Of a stretch of 64,000 bases of DNA, positions 50,350 through 63,299 are shown piece by piece; within the stretch, counting starts at the first letter, position 1; every line of letters begins with the position of its first letter. The notes beneath the pieces were generated by a model that was given only the letters and a program-made list of their open reading frames with translations, was not told where the DNA came from and did no database searches. The stretch comes from Raillietiella orientalis (Eukaryota), in contig JAYWIR010000015.1 of the NCBI GenBank assembly GCA_036172245.1, positions 3,286,001 through 3,350,000 of the forward strand. The letters are read 5' to 3'. Both the position numbers and the translations under genes were made by a program.

Positions 50350-51100
50350 CCAACGGATCTCTAGAATGAAGACAACGGTGTTTTCCAGGTTTGAGATTAC
50401 CGTTGCTCACATGTGAAACGTACCAGCGAGGAGGAGGAAACTGGTCAGCTCAGAGAGGTACAGATTATACTCAGCATGTGCCCTTGGAAGAATGATTTCC
50501 AATGACCAGGTGAATCACTGCAAAATTCGGGATGATTTGTAGCAGAGTTTGGAGTTTCCCGGTTTCCAACATTTGTAAGCATCCCTTTTCTCTACTCTCA
50601 TGTCTTCAAGAAGCTAAAAGGAATGCAGAAAGAAGGAAAGGAAAGGAGGGGATGCTCATGAAGTGCACGTTAAGAAACGTGTGGTCACTGGGAAGATCAA
50701 GAGTGTACACCCTTTTTGTGATACTCTTCAGATACTCTCCTTTTTAGTTGTATCTCTTAAAGGTAACTTGTGGGAACCGACAGGAACGATCCCTAAAGAG
50801 AAAACGGACAGCTTCTGTAACAGACTTTTGAGAGCTTTTACATCCAAGTGGAGGAAAATTTTCAATAGATATTTGATGGTTGCCGTACAATGACATAGCT
50901 AATGAAGCATTTAAAATGCAAAAGGCTCGTGGATTCATCCCGAGGCTCATCTGAAACTGAGAATTGTGCTTCATTCAACGGACCTTTCCTTCTTTGGTCC
51001 CCACCACAAGCAACCGTCATTCTTCAGCACCGTTGGTCTTTTAACTGTTTTGTTTACCTGTTGAACTAGTTTCACCGGACAAGTCAAGGAACCCACGAGG
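50350..51100 (+). mobile_element. Degenerate RTE-like LINE ORF2 C-terminal half
   Basis: TDL*NEDN (cf. TDLDYADD), ERRKGK..LRNVWS (cf. RRIGKA..L..VW), EKTDSFCNRLLRAF..KW (cf. KLDSF.NR.LR.I...W), KCKRL and FLLWSP (cf. LLW.P). Confidence 0.5.
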
Positions 51101-51649
51101 TCTTCCTTGAATATTTTCCTGTTGACACCCTTGCTAGTAATTGCAGCAGCGTCTAATCTGAGAGCAAACATCCACAAAGTCTAGAGTATTTTGAAAGAAC
51201 AGCAAGAGCTCCTTAACAATCCAGGTCGTAGAAGAAATTGCATTGGAATTGCATCTAGTCTTGGATAGCATCCTTACTTGTATGCACGTTACATAGATCA
51301 TGAAAGCGGAAGTGGCAACATCGTATCCCTATTCATTTTAGTCAATTGGCCTGCACTTCTTGGCCAGGACCTTGTGAAAAATTCTCCATGCAAATGGGAA
51401 AAGTCAGAGCTCCATGAGTTTCATGCTCCTGCGACACCTGTTTGAGGCTCCGTTACTGTAACCTTTCGTTACTGTAACCTTTGATAAGTCCAAAGTCTGC
51501 AATATCGAGAGACATCACTCTTGAATGACCTTGGAGAAACAAAAAAAAATGCTTTTCTTACTGAAAAGAAACCATTGGAATTGTTCCGTTGACAGTGATT
51601 TGCTAGAAGTGAACGTCGATAAAGCGGCATGGGTGGTGACCGACTGCAC

Positions 51650-52880
51650 AGGAAGATGACCAATCACTTTCGAATTCTCGCAATCCGTGCTTTTCCATCA
51701 GTCTGAAGTACTGTCAGCTAGGAATTCTGCAGAGACATCTTTCCAACTTGAGGCATCTTGAGGCATCTCTTTTTGAGACTCTGGAACACCTGATGCTATG
51801 CTTCAAAGACGTGCAATGTGAACACATCGGCATGACCAAAACAGCCAAGCTCGGCCGAGCTCTCTTGTGAGACGAAGAGAGTTCAAGGAATGATGGCAGA
51901 AAAGAGGAGAGCGAGCATTCTGTATCATATTCATGGTGCTTCAGATAAGATGGCACCACAACAATTTGTTGTCTGCTCTCGTCCACGCCATGCGATGCTC
52001 CATGATCAGTGGGGATGAATGGTGATTCTCTAGCCCCTTTCTGCCAACCGATTTTCTCCATGATGTCATTTGGAGTTGGAGCAGTATCCATTGGCGCAGC
52101 ATACGATACGAAAAAGTAATAGAGTGCAATCCCTCCCAAACTGGGTAACAGCAGTTTCAGGATGGTGCCTTCCTTTGGAACCCTCCAGAGGTATTCACCC
52201 TCTGCTTCGTCACACTCTCCCTAGTAGTCACTCACAAACCAACCAACTGCTTCCTATTCTGACTGTGAATTCCTCCAGGTAACCCACGAATGTCTTGAAG
52301 CCAGTCGAGCGAGTGTTCTCAGGACATCTTGAAGCTCTCAAAAAGTCAGATGCCTATTCTTAGGAGTCAGGCGGCATGGCAGACCCGAGAGAGGCCAGTC
52401 TAACAAGAGCCAAGTGTTTCATCTGCAGGTACAACTCTTAAGTTGATCAACCATTTAGCAGAGGGTTTCTCAGTTCTGCTCCTTTGATGAGGAACACTTC
52501 GACTTCGAGTATTCTGTGTCTGAAAGAATTTCCATGGTCTGTTGAAAGTGCTCGAAAGGCAGTCAGCAGTCTTCGTCTGATAAGCAGCGATTACAGCTTT
52601 GGATGCATCTCCCGCCATCTCTGACTTTCAGCAACTGCTTACTGGTCCTCACCCTATTACGGCACAGAAGGCAAAACTGCGAAGAGAGTTTCCTAAGTGC
52701 ACGGATATTTTTGTCTCTCTTATTCAGAACATCGTCTGCTGTACTCTTTTCCGAGGAAAATCTCCAAGATATTCATCTGATAAGGAGTGTCTCGCTACCG
52801 CTGATAGCTTAGCAAGGAATGTTCTGGAACTAAGCTGATCTCCCTCAGCCTTTGCTTGGTGAGCCATGCATAGCATTTCC
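51650..52880 (-). mobile_element. Degenerate CR1/Jockey-like LINE RT domain
   Basis: In order: KAEGDQLSSR (cf. KA.GPD.IS.R), PCT*ET..VP**GE (cf. P..WK..PVPKKGD), ILSDTEY (cf. LLSD.QY), LAL..RVCHAA*LL (cf. ALD..AFDRVWH..LL), LDW..NRKQLV, TSG-VPKEGTIL (cf. SGVPQG.IL), YAAPMDTA (cf. YADDT), and NDIMEKIGW. Confidence 0.6.
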
Positions 52881-53649
52881 TCAATCAAACCGAGCGTCAG
52901 AGCCAGACGCTGCCCCTACACAGGGAAGGGGGAATAGGAGGAGGGGAGAGGATTGAAGGAAGGAAAGGAATGATCCTTTTCCTGTATGCTTCTCCTATTC
53001 AAAATACCGAAAACTCTTATCAGTTAAATCTTTTGAAGTGACCCTTCCTGTGAACGACAATTTCTAATTCGCAAATGCAAATTGCTTTCTCAATCCGCTC
53101 AGAGATCCTCTTTCAAGGACCTTTCTCAGGAGAATCCCGAAGAGTGTTCCGACAGTGTTCCCACTTGAGCGGACGCTCCAGGTTCGGCTACCCATCCCGT
53201 GACCGTCTGTCTTAGGCACGTGTCGGAGTCATGTTTGGCTTCTGGGGAAGGCGAGAGACTTGAGCGCCTACCCCCTCGGAAGCTTCCAGTCCCCCCTCGA
53301 AGTCCTTCTACGCCGAGACAAGGAGTTCCGAGGCATTTCACAGTGGCCACTAGCAGTCAGCAAATTTTCAGCCTCAGGATTCGCTGGTCGAGCGAGAGCC
53401 GACCAGGAAACGATACAACGAAGGGAATAAATCCCTTTCTACGGGGACGCGGGCTGTTGATTCAGGCTGTGAGTCTGCTTGTGCTTCAATACCCCAGGAG
53501 TTTTCCATGATTTCCACGAAGGCGGATCCAGAAGCATGGAACTCTCGTACACATGCGGCAGGCTTCCTCGATAACATGGTAGGGAAAACACATGGACCCT
53601 CTTAAGGTATGCGGACACTACTGTCTCGCAGCTCAGTCATCAGTCAGCT

Positions 53650-54000
53650 CTTCTACGGGAATCTTTGATGGCACCTGAGCGTTTTCTTGGATGCAAAGAT
53701 TCAGGTGAGATCCTTCCAGATAACAGGATGTTAACAACAGGGAAATGCATTGGCTGGAAGGCATTTGCTGCCGCCTCCCTTCGGCTGTGCCACTGCCACC
53801 TTCTCTGTGTACAGTGCAGTGCTTAGTAGAAATATTGAGGGTCTACCCTATTTCCTACTTCTCAGGACAAAACTTCTACTCCATAACTTCTACTTCTATT
53901 CTGCACGGAACAAGCGTTTGGAATTCATTCTGCCATCGTGCACTGCTTTTGGTGTGTTATCATTCTACATCGAATGTCTCCAAGGTTTCTTTAGCGTATT
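53650..54000 (+). mobile_element. Possible LINE ORF2 C-terminal tail remnant
   Basis: FLDAKIQVRSFQITG (cf. LD.IQ.RA.R.I) and a TSVWNSF segment (cf. LWNSLP). Weak. Confidence 0.25.
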
Positions 54001-54549
54001 GGCTACAATCCAAGAATTCGGCAGGATGAGAGCACAAGAAGAAGGCTCAGGAAGGAGGCGAGACCAAAGAATAAATGAAAACGGCTTTGAAATCCTCCTG
54101 AAAAGACTGTTTGGGACCATTTCCCATGCTCTCGAAGCACTGGAAGGATGGAATAGTGTCACTGGTCTCTGTATCTTTCTAGGTAAACCCTTCATCATCC
54201 TTCCATAGCAACCACCTTATTCGTTTTCAGGAATGACTTCATAGAGATCGGCCTCTTGGAGCCCGTGGCACAAAGCTCACTATCTTTCATCAACAAGACG
54301 CGGACAAGAGATCCTCATCCTTTCTGTTCCTCTCGAGAGAAAAAAGAACAACAAAGATTCAAGCATTCAGCTGGACTTTTCTTCATCGAAGGAGAGTAGC
54401 TGAACTCTGCTGTAAACGCTTGATGTCAGCCCTCGAAGAGCGCAGGGCACTTAACAGGTCTCGAATGGAGCACGAAGCTCAGGTGACCACGGTCACTGAG
54501 TAAGTAGTTAGAGAAGGCACTTTTTCCAATGCTGTGTTTGCACGTTGTG

Positions 54550-56400
54550 AACGAAATTCTGTCAAGGGATTGTACGCAGCTATTCTTTCTGCGACTCTGT
54601 TGCTAGGCAGCATCGGACGAGGAAATCGCCGCGTGGATTCCGTATTTCTTGAAGATTAACCCAAGAATCAAAAATACTGTACATTCTGAGGATGTTTCTA
54701 AATACCTCGGGATGTGCTTCACTCTCCTGTATGTTCTATCTCACAGTCTTCTACAACATTATAACTTCAGTGATTCTTGTGAAACGACGGGGAAATGTTA
54801 GTTTCACGATAGTCAAACTTGTAAATGAGAGGGTGAAGCATTCTTCCTTTGCTACTGGAGGAATCTGCTGGCAGCCAGCAGCCTTCAAGTGATCCGTGCT
54901 GAGCTTCAGATTCACGCAAAAGCAGAGCCCGGAGGCTTATTATGTGTTTCTTTCCAAAACACACAAAAGCATGTTTCTTCAGGCCTTGCCTACTGAATAT
55001 CGTCAGCATGCTCGAAAGAGATGGGGAACCGTGAGTACCAGTGACCACTTCTTCAGACAGACTTCATCATTCAGACAGCGCACCTGTATACCTAAACAAA
55101 CCGGTTTGGGTCACGCAATCGAAACAGACTCTTAAAAAAGTACCAAACCGTTCCTCAACTCAGTCTTTGAAGGCAAGTAAACTAAGCAGTGCTCCGTTTT
55201 GCGGGCACTTTCCCATTCTGCTTGCCCATTCTTTCGTGACTCCTTGTTTTGTCAGTGGATGTCAGAGGAGAAGAAGAATTTAAGGCATTACTACTTGAAT
55301 CAGACCTGGATTAGTTGCATGTTTTGAATTGATGAATGGAGATGCTTGAGATATTTTTGACCTCTTGCACACTGCATCGAGGTCAGGGTTGTCTACGTAA
55401 ATAGTAACAGGGTTCCAAAGGCTATTTTGCGCCATGATCTGCCGTAGACTTAGCACTATTTCATTATCATCTGTTGTTACCGTGAGAGTGCGAAATTGCA
55501 GTCTGCGATTCCCTCGTCCAGGCTCAAATAGGGATGACGTCCTACTTGCCAGATGCGCTGATTCTCAGGTCAGATGTCATCTATATGTCAAACGCCGAAT
55601 GCATTTCTTTAAAAAACAAGAGCAGCCGAAAGCCATTAGAAAAATTCACTGACGGAGAATGACAGTGGCTTCTACTGAATTAAATCGAGCAAATCATCGT
55701 GAGAAGTCCCGGCTAAGCCTTCCTTGTTGTAATTAGAGAGGTCCGTAGACTGCGAAGCACCTGGAGTGGTCAGTGACTTCATCATCCAGTAAGAGAATGA
55801 TAGTATAGAGCGGATCCAGTCAGCAACATTAAATGTGATCAGGATCATTGAAGAATTCTAAGATGACAAACGATGGAAACCTAACCAAGGAATGGATGAG
55901 GAGAACGAAGGTTCATCCAGCGATCTGCAAGGAGTCAGAAGGAGGTCATAGTAGGATTGACCATCGGATTGTGAAGATTCAGCCATTATTATTCTACCAT
56001 TCTACCATTTTTTACCTGAAGAATGGTATTCTACCATTCTTCAGGTAAAGACACACAAAAAAAGTACCATTCTTGCGGTGACATCTCTATAGAACTCTTC
56101 CTTCTGCATCGCCAAAGTATAAAGGTGTGATTGCAGAACTCTCCAGATGGAGGGAATCTGCTAGAGATAGGAGATCGCATTTCATCTGAAAAGATATTCT
56201 CCTCTACTCTATACTTGTGGGTCACTTAGAGTGCCTCAGGCACGAACTGGATTCGTGCCTTCAATAAAAGTCTGAGCATCTAGTAGGAGGTATCCCGTAG
56301 CAGCCAGAATCTTCAAGTATCATAGTATGATCTCCATGGGATGAACTACCTTCTTCATGAAGTCGGAATGGGGAAATCAGGGAAGCTCCAAGATTTTCCA
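54550..56400 (+). mobile_element. Degenerate RTE-like LINE ORF2 (RT plus tail)
   Basis: In order: SVILVKRRG, GGICWQPAAFK (cf. RGI.L...AYK), STSDHFF ~55033 (cf. ST.DHIF), YLNQT, RGQGCL (cf. RQGC.L), SLRF[PRPGSNR]DDVLLA ~55500 (cf. LRFADD.VLLA), MTNDGNLTKEWMRR ~55863 (cf. ITNDG...EI.RR), and DRISSEKI. Confidence 0.6.
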
Positions 56401-58349
56401 TGCCACATGATGTAGAGGATTTCACCTTTCAGCATCATTAAGGCTCTCTGCAGATCTGTTGCAGTTCACTGACGGTATCTTTTCATGTCTTCGAGATGAA
56501 AAAAAAGTTTCGGTTCTTACCAAAAGGCAGCATGAAGTGCCAGCAGCAGGCAACGGGACTTTCAAGGACTCCTGGTTTCCTGCTCGATGCGCTGCTCTGT
56601 TTGCTTCTTTCTCGCCTCTGGTTTGGATTTGGAAACTCTCGTCTCAACCTCCTTCCTTGTGTTGTTATCCATTCCTGGGAAAGGCAAGGCACTCAGAGAG
56701 CAGTCTTGCTTTCTCAACTCGTGCTGATCGTCAATCTCCGAAGTGCTCTCGTTAGGGATGCAGAATATCTCGAGATACCGGAAGAAGCCGTTTTTCTGAA
56801 GTGTTTCGAATTTCGTTTCCAAGAGATGACGAACAAAAAAAGCACGGAGAGGAAGAACCCGGCGAAATCGAATCGAGCAAGTGAAGAGAAAGTGAACAGC
56901 CCAAGCGTATTTGGCCATTTTTCCCATCCACCGAGATCTTCTCTAAGACTAACGAAGGCTGCCGACTATGAAGTCATGCTATTGACGGCCTCTTCGTTCG
57001 CAACCGGCCCAGAAAAGCAAGAAATCTGCCCCTTTTTGTTTGCTCGTCTGCTGATCTCATTATTTCGTCGGAAAGCCAAAGTGGAGCTCGGCAGAACGGA
57101 AGATCTCCGGTGATACGGTGGTCACCAGTCTACAGGCTATTCAGGAAAGTGGATTTCGGAAAGCCTTCTCCGAGTGGGTGAATCCATCCAGGTGCTTGCA
57201 GAGAACTCTCTCCCAAGATGTGGAGGATGAAACGCGCAGTTGGAAATTCCTGTTGCAAGCTGGACGATTAAAAGGATACCTATAGAGAAAACCAATGTTT
57301 ACAAAATATGAAATGTTAGGGGTACGGGTACGTTAATGTTGTGGACAAATTTGAGGGTGACGTTTATGATTATTGGACCGATGGGAGGGGTGAACTAAGC
57401 TGTGGTTTCATGTGAGAAATGGCTTCGAGTATCATCATAGGGTAGGTAGAATAGGAGGAACCAAGAAGTGGGAATGCCGCGGGGTACGTAAAAAGGGATT
57501 TCGGAGATATGGAATGATGAGGCATAAGAGGGAAAGATGAGTGTGGATAGTAAGATAGTTAAAGGGATTGCAATGAAGGGTTACAAAGTAAAGGAGAATA
57601 CTGAAGGAAAACATCGTTTTTAGTCAACTTCTCACATCCTTTTATCACTTTAGAAAGCCCAGATCTACTCGTGGTTTCTGACTTGCTGGATTTTAGAGAT
57701 CAAAGCAGTATCTAGAGAATCCCGGGTAACGGGGAATCTCTTTAGAACACCATTTGCTCCGCAATTTCGAGCTTCCTTTCTCCTGTCGGTTTGTTCCTTC
57801 GACTTCAGAGTCCAGTTTTTCTCCAGTCTTCTGCAGTAGTAATCCAAATTCATTCGTTCAAGAAACCGTGTAGAATTGAATAAATAAAGACCTAGAATAC
57901 TGACTTTCAACGACAGATCCGAAGATGAGAATCTCCACAGATACCGCCGTTGTGATTCTGAAAGGGGAAAGATTTTGTGCGAGTTTTGTCTGTTACTGTC
58001 TTTTCAAGAGTTTTCAAGGATGCTCTTTGTCTGAACCATTCTTCACTCGCTACCGTACCTCTTCATTCTACCGTAGGATTTTAAAGGAAACGCAGAAAAA
58101 AACACTTCAGTGATGGCAACGAATCCGATTGACTTCGTAACTCTCTTAAGTGTCGTCTTCCAAGCCATCTCGAACAGCATCCATTAACATTTTCTACATT
58201 TAATAAAATGGCACTTCCCTCTGCACGAAAGGTTAGCGGTCCTCAGTCTTCAGTCTCCGCTCGCTTGTGTTTTCAATCCCACTTTGTGATTGAGAAACGA
58301 ACCACGAGGATATCCATGAAAAAGGTTCTACGGCTGGTCACCCAGAATG

Positions 58350-59400
58350 AGAAGGAGCATCTGATTGAGCGATGGACGGAAGAATTGTAGGATCCGAGTG
58401 AAATATTTGGGAAAGAAATCACCACTCCCGTCCTCAGTAGTGCACTGATATCTTGCTTGCAGTAAACATGTCATCAGAATTTCGACAGTATTTGAGATCA
58501 TAAAAAAAAAAATAGTGTTTTGAGCCTTCTATGACCAGTTTTCTGAAGATGGCCTCGACAGATCCCTAAAACTAGGCAGTTCTCGATTTAATTCTGGGTC
58601 CAAGAATCCAAGAATTGATTCAAAAATGGAGAGAAGAAGAAAAAAAGGCAGCAATGAAGCTCTTTCTTCTGATTTTTAAAGAGCACGTGAAGCTGAAGAG
58701 ACGACTTGCACAGAAGACTGAAAAAATCTTTTGAAAAGGATGAAAATTTCTGGAATTTTAGAGCTCATCTAGCTACTCATATTGTTTCTAAGATGACAGA
58801 AATGACATCTTTGACTTCAGTGATGAATCAAGCAGGTGGAAATGCAAAGAGACTTTGTGGTAGTCCAATAATGTGCTTCAAGACCATTCATCTGGCTCAC
58901 ATCTTGCTAGAAATGTACCGAAGCGGGCCTCTGATCTTCCAAGAAGCTTCAAGAGGAAGCGGTTGTGGACCCAAGATGCCACCGGTCCTGATAGCGTTTG
59001 GAAAAAAAGGATCAAGGTACTATCATTATTTTCCAAAAATGAAACCTCATGTTGGAACTGCTCTCGGAAAAGGAAGTGGTTAAGAAGGATGCGCAACAAG
59101 GCAACGAACTGAAGAAAGTATGATGGAGATAATCGTTGTTATCGGGGCAGAGAGAGGGACTATGAAAGCTCCAAGGAAGATAACAAAACCAAACTACGCA
59201 CTTGTTGCAAGAGATCCTCGATAGAAGCTTGATGATTATCTGAGGAAGAACGAGTAACATGTGTCTGTGTGAGCGATCTACAGAACTGGACTAGCAGCCA
59301 CTCAAGATCAGGATCAAACTGAGAGGATCAAACGCTCATGCAATGCTCAAATAGGAAGCAATGGAAAACTCAAAATCAGCAATCGCCGATGAATTCTGTT
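58350..59400 (+). mobile_element. Degenerate RTE-like LINE RT
   Basis: QFSEDG (cf. LSE.Q.G), SDF*RA (cf. DF.KA), LLKRMKISG, VLQDHSSGSHL (cf. VLQG..L.P.L) and RIKVLSLFSKNET (cf. I..L.FADDT). Confidence 0.4.
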
Positions 59401-59449
59401 TCCTTCCAATCTTTAACTCTGTTGCCTTTAGCAAGTCTTTGTGTCTTCT

Positions 59450-60300
59450 CTGTTGGAAAGATTCGAACGAGGGCTGAATCCATCTGTCTCTCAGTATCCA
59501 AGGTGCATTGGGACGCGATGATACTTTTCATGCACGCAGTTCTGCAGATGAGAGGCCTACACTCCGTGGATCCACAGGTGGGCAACTGTAGAAGGAAATT
59601 GCATTTATGCATACTATTGAGCAGGAAAAGGTGGTTCACCACGGAGCTTCGTTGTTTGCCATTCTGAAAGAATGAAAAAGATTGACAAGATGATTTGGGG
59701 AAAGGTTGCAGCCAAAGATGGATGAAACGCCGACAGAATGTGATGCAAACTCCGTGCGGCGTTTCGAAAGGTTGGATGGTGAGTGATGTCAACTACGTGT
59801 CTCGCACTCGAGAGGCCATCCGACCTCGGCACAGAATCCTCTTGCGATAGTGGTGCTCTGCAGATTGGATTCTTTTATCTACGAGTGGAAGAGGGAAAGA
59901 TAAGCCTGCCTGTTACAGGCATAGGCACAGGATATCTTGCAGGGACGCCTCGTTCAGCTTAGTGGGTGTATTCTTGCATTCTGCACAATATACAGAAAAG
60001 GCAGCGACCTTTGAAATTAGGAGCGTGGGCCATCTCATACACGCACAGCGTGGACAGGAGATGCTTCCATTTCTCGTGCCCATTTTACAGATCGAAGAAG
60101 CAAAGCGAAGCAAAGAACATCTTGACTTCTGGTGCTGATACACGGAAGCACGCGGAAAGAAAGCTGAAGCGATGAGAAAGTTTATCTCCTGAGAAAGAGC
60201 AGCTCCAGGTGAGGAGACCGCCATCACGGTTGCAACACTTAAGAATCTGCCAGCTGGAGAGAAATACAACGGTTTACATCCATGTAAAAGGATGTACATG
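59450..60300 (+). mobile_element. Possible CR1-like RT remnant
   Basis: QGALG (cf. QGS.LG), *QDDLGK..RW (cf. LQ.DL.K..W) and LVGVFL (cf. LGV). Weak. Confidence 0.28.
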
Positions 60301-63299
60301 TCTTTTGGAAACTTTCTTTTTCTCTTCACTTGCTGAAAAAAAAATAGGAGATGGAAGAACAGAAAATTCCTTCTACTTTTGGTGATGCAGCAGAAGGTGG
60401 AGTTTCGATCGGACTTTACTCTGCAACCCACAATATTTCAAATTTCCTGCTGCTTGAGGCTTCCATTCCTCGGCATGGCTCGAGGACTTTGTAATTACAA
60501 CTTGGAATACGTTTTTGAAATGAGATTTGTAAACATCTATCTTCTATCTGTGCACATCCGAATATCACTCTTCCTCCTAAATGACAGTCCTCACGCCCAC
60601 AGTCTTTTAAAAAATTTCTGGGATTACCGTTTTATCTCTCGGGTATGGAGACTGATGACCGCTCTAAATCAAAATGCCTTTGATTCTGACAAAAATGGCT
60701 TGGAGCTTTTCATTCTAATAACTGCTGCAAATGGCAATCGTAGAAAATCGATGCTCCCTTCGCTCCACTAGTAGCACGCTAATTATTGAGCAGCTCCAGG
60801 CTCCTGGATCACGAGGATTAATCTATGGTTCTTTCCGTTTTCTAATTCCCGAGAGCAGTCGCCCTGGTTTTCCGTTCCTCATCGTGATAGCGAGGACTTC
60901 GACAGGTCTACCGGAGGCCACATCCACAGCGTACGATTCCCATCCTTCCCCACGGTTTCTTCTGCTTCCAAAAGACAATCTTTCCACTTCACTGTGGAGG
61001 GTGGTTCCTGGAGTCCTTCGGGGGTCCATTCCCCAAAGGGTGTTTCCCTTTCTTAGTAAAAGAACTGCTCATATTATTGATCTCCCTCACCATCATCTCG
61101 GCTGTCGAGCATCTTGGGAGCTTTCATCGACTTTGCCGGAACAGGAGGATGTTGCTTATCTATTTCAACGAGTGGATTCCTTGAAGACCACCGACAAGCC
61201 ATCGCACAAGCATCGCACTATCATTGATCCATCACACAAGCTGGCAGTAGAGCTGCATAATGCAAACGCAGTGCTGTCGTCCCGAGGTGAGACGTTCCTC
61301 TGATAACACCGCTTGCCGCAGCTGACATAGCATCTTCCTCAAAGTCGCAAATGTGTCGCGCGTGGAAGTGGGGCATGCGAGAGTGTTACTGGTTGAATCT
61401 TCCGGTGCGTGCGATCCGTGGGGCACGAAACCTAACACGCTCGAGTCATGGATTCCCACGACGGTGCGAGAAGCCCTCGTGGGCATTCACCACCCAGTTT
61501 ATGCCTCACCAGGGTGTACGAGGAAATCCTGCTTCCTCAAGAGGGACAGCGATGTGCTTGCGATGGACAGCCGGTTCTAAAAAGGGAGGAAGCCGAGCGA
61601 CTCGAAAAGCTGACACTTATGTAAGGGTGCACGGAACGCCCAGCTGGTGAGCATTCCGATACGGCACCAACCGAGAGCCCCACGGCGCAAAGAGCAAAAC
61701 AAGATCAGGAGATGCAAATGAATGGCGCGCAAATGAATAATTCAAAGAGTGCTTCAGAAATCATTTTCGAGCCAGAGTGTCGCAACATCGTCTTGTGGAT
61801 GGAGACAAGGCTCTCTGCCGTTTAGACGCGATGCCGCCGTCTCACTGACAAAGGCGATCAAGGTCAGATCCCGCTCTTCAGTCGAGAGAGAATACGAGGA
61901 AAGCACCACCCCTACTGGTCAAAAGAGGGTTTGACGAAACTCTCCACGGGTGCGTCTTGCATTCCCGGGCGACACGCCGGAGACATTTGGAGCGGGCAGC
62001 AGACTCTCATCAGTGGGCGCAGTGCTGCTGGCGATATTCCCCGCTCCGAAGGGTCCGGGTCTCCCTGAGACTCTTAGCAGTGAAGAAGGGACGAGGGAAC
62101 GAAGGAAGCACATGCACGAAATCAAGGTTTCTCACGAAAAGACAAGGCTCCGGTACTTCAAAACACAGTGGAACTTTGAAGGAGGAGGAACTCGGCATTG
62201 GTCCGGAGCGGAAGCACACAGGCAAAAAGGCGTCGTCGTCAGGAGAGCAGGGATTCTTCGGATTGGAGCCCGCAAATGACCTCGCGGAATCCAACCAAAA
62301 CGATGAGAGAATCAGCATCGTTTCGCGGTTTCCTTCGAGGAAGTAATGAAGCTCCTCCGAAATGCTTCTCCAGGTTCCCGAAAGATCAAACAGGAAAGGA
62401 TGCCGCCGGCGGAAACCGCCCCTCGAAAGATTGCTTTGCGTTCAAAGCCTAGGTGAGCAGATGAAGATCGGAAGAAATAAAGCAGACTAAAATAAATTTC
62501 GAGATCCTTGTGAAGTGAAACTCGGGATGGGATTCAGAAAGGGGAACGCTAACAATGACCCAAATCCTCCAGAGGAACCCGGGGATGAAAGAAGATGATG
62601 AGAATGGATGACAGGAATACAATGAGTCTCATTCAAAGCTCTCCGTTCTAAACAAATGAGATGATCCGAATAAAGGGTGACTGAGCTCCCAAAGCTAATG
62701 GCTCTAATTAAGCTAATCTAAGACAAAAAGAGTCGACATACAATAGACAATCAAAAACGAAATGCGGATAAAAATGGACTATCTCTGCAGGCAAGATTTT
62801 GACATTTCCAACAGAAAGTTCACTAAGAAGAATCTTCATTCCTCCCATCAGTAGCAGAGTCTCTTTTTTGCTTTCAGGCGAGGATCGGTTCCTGATGGTT
62901 GCAACGGGAAGAAGGCGATTTTTACGTGCCGCGGTGAGCTGAAATTTTTCAAGTGTGAGAGGTAAAAGCAGGTGAAATGATGCCATGAAACTTCGCTTAA
63001 GAGACGAAAAGTGATGCTTTAGTGTTCCTTTTACATGAATTTGGGTGAAATTTTCTCCTGTGATTTTCGTAGAGTATAGCGGTGCTAATTTAAGGTAGGC
63101 AGGATCGAGGATCACTGATGACTGATTGATTACTATTGAAAAAAAGGCTGAGAAGACTGAGAAGATCTCAAGGTCTTTCTGCTGTTGTCAAGGAATAAGT
63201 TCAAGACACTTCTTCTACCAAGAAACCTGGACTGAAGTGGCGTTTCTGCCTGATCAAGGGTTGAGTGGACCCAAGTTGAGCTGCTAAAGCATTTAGGCG

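Noticed and set aside
57265..57610. C-poor, G/A/T-skewed segment as a possible NUMT or foreign insert
   Set aside because: No mitochondrial gene recognised. It contains YKYEMLGV and SEIW, which fit a LINE C-terminal remnant better.
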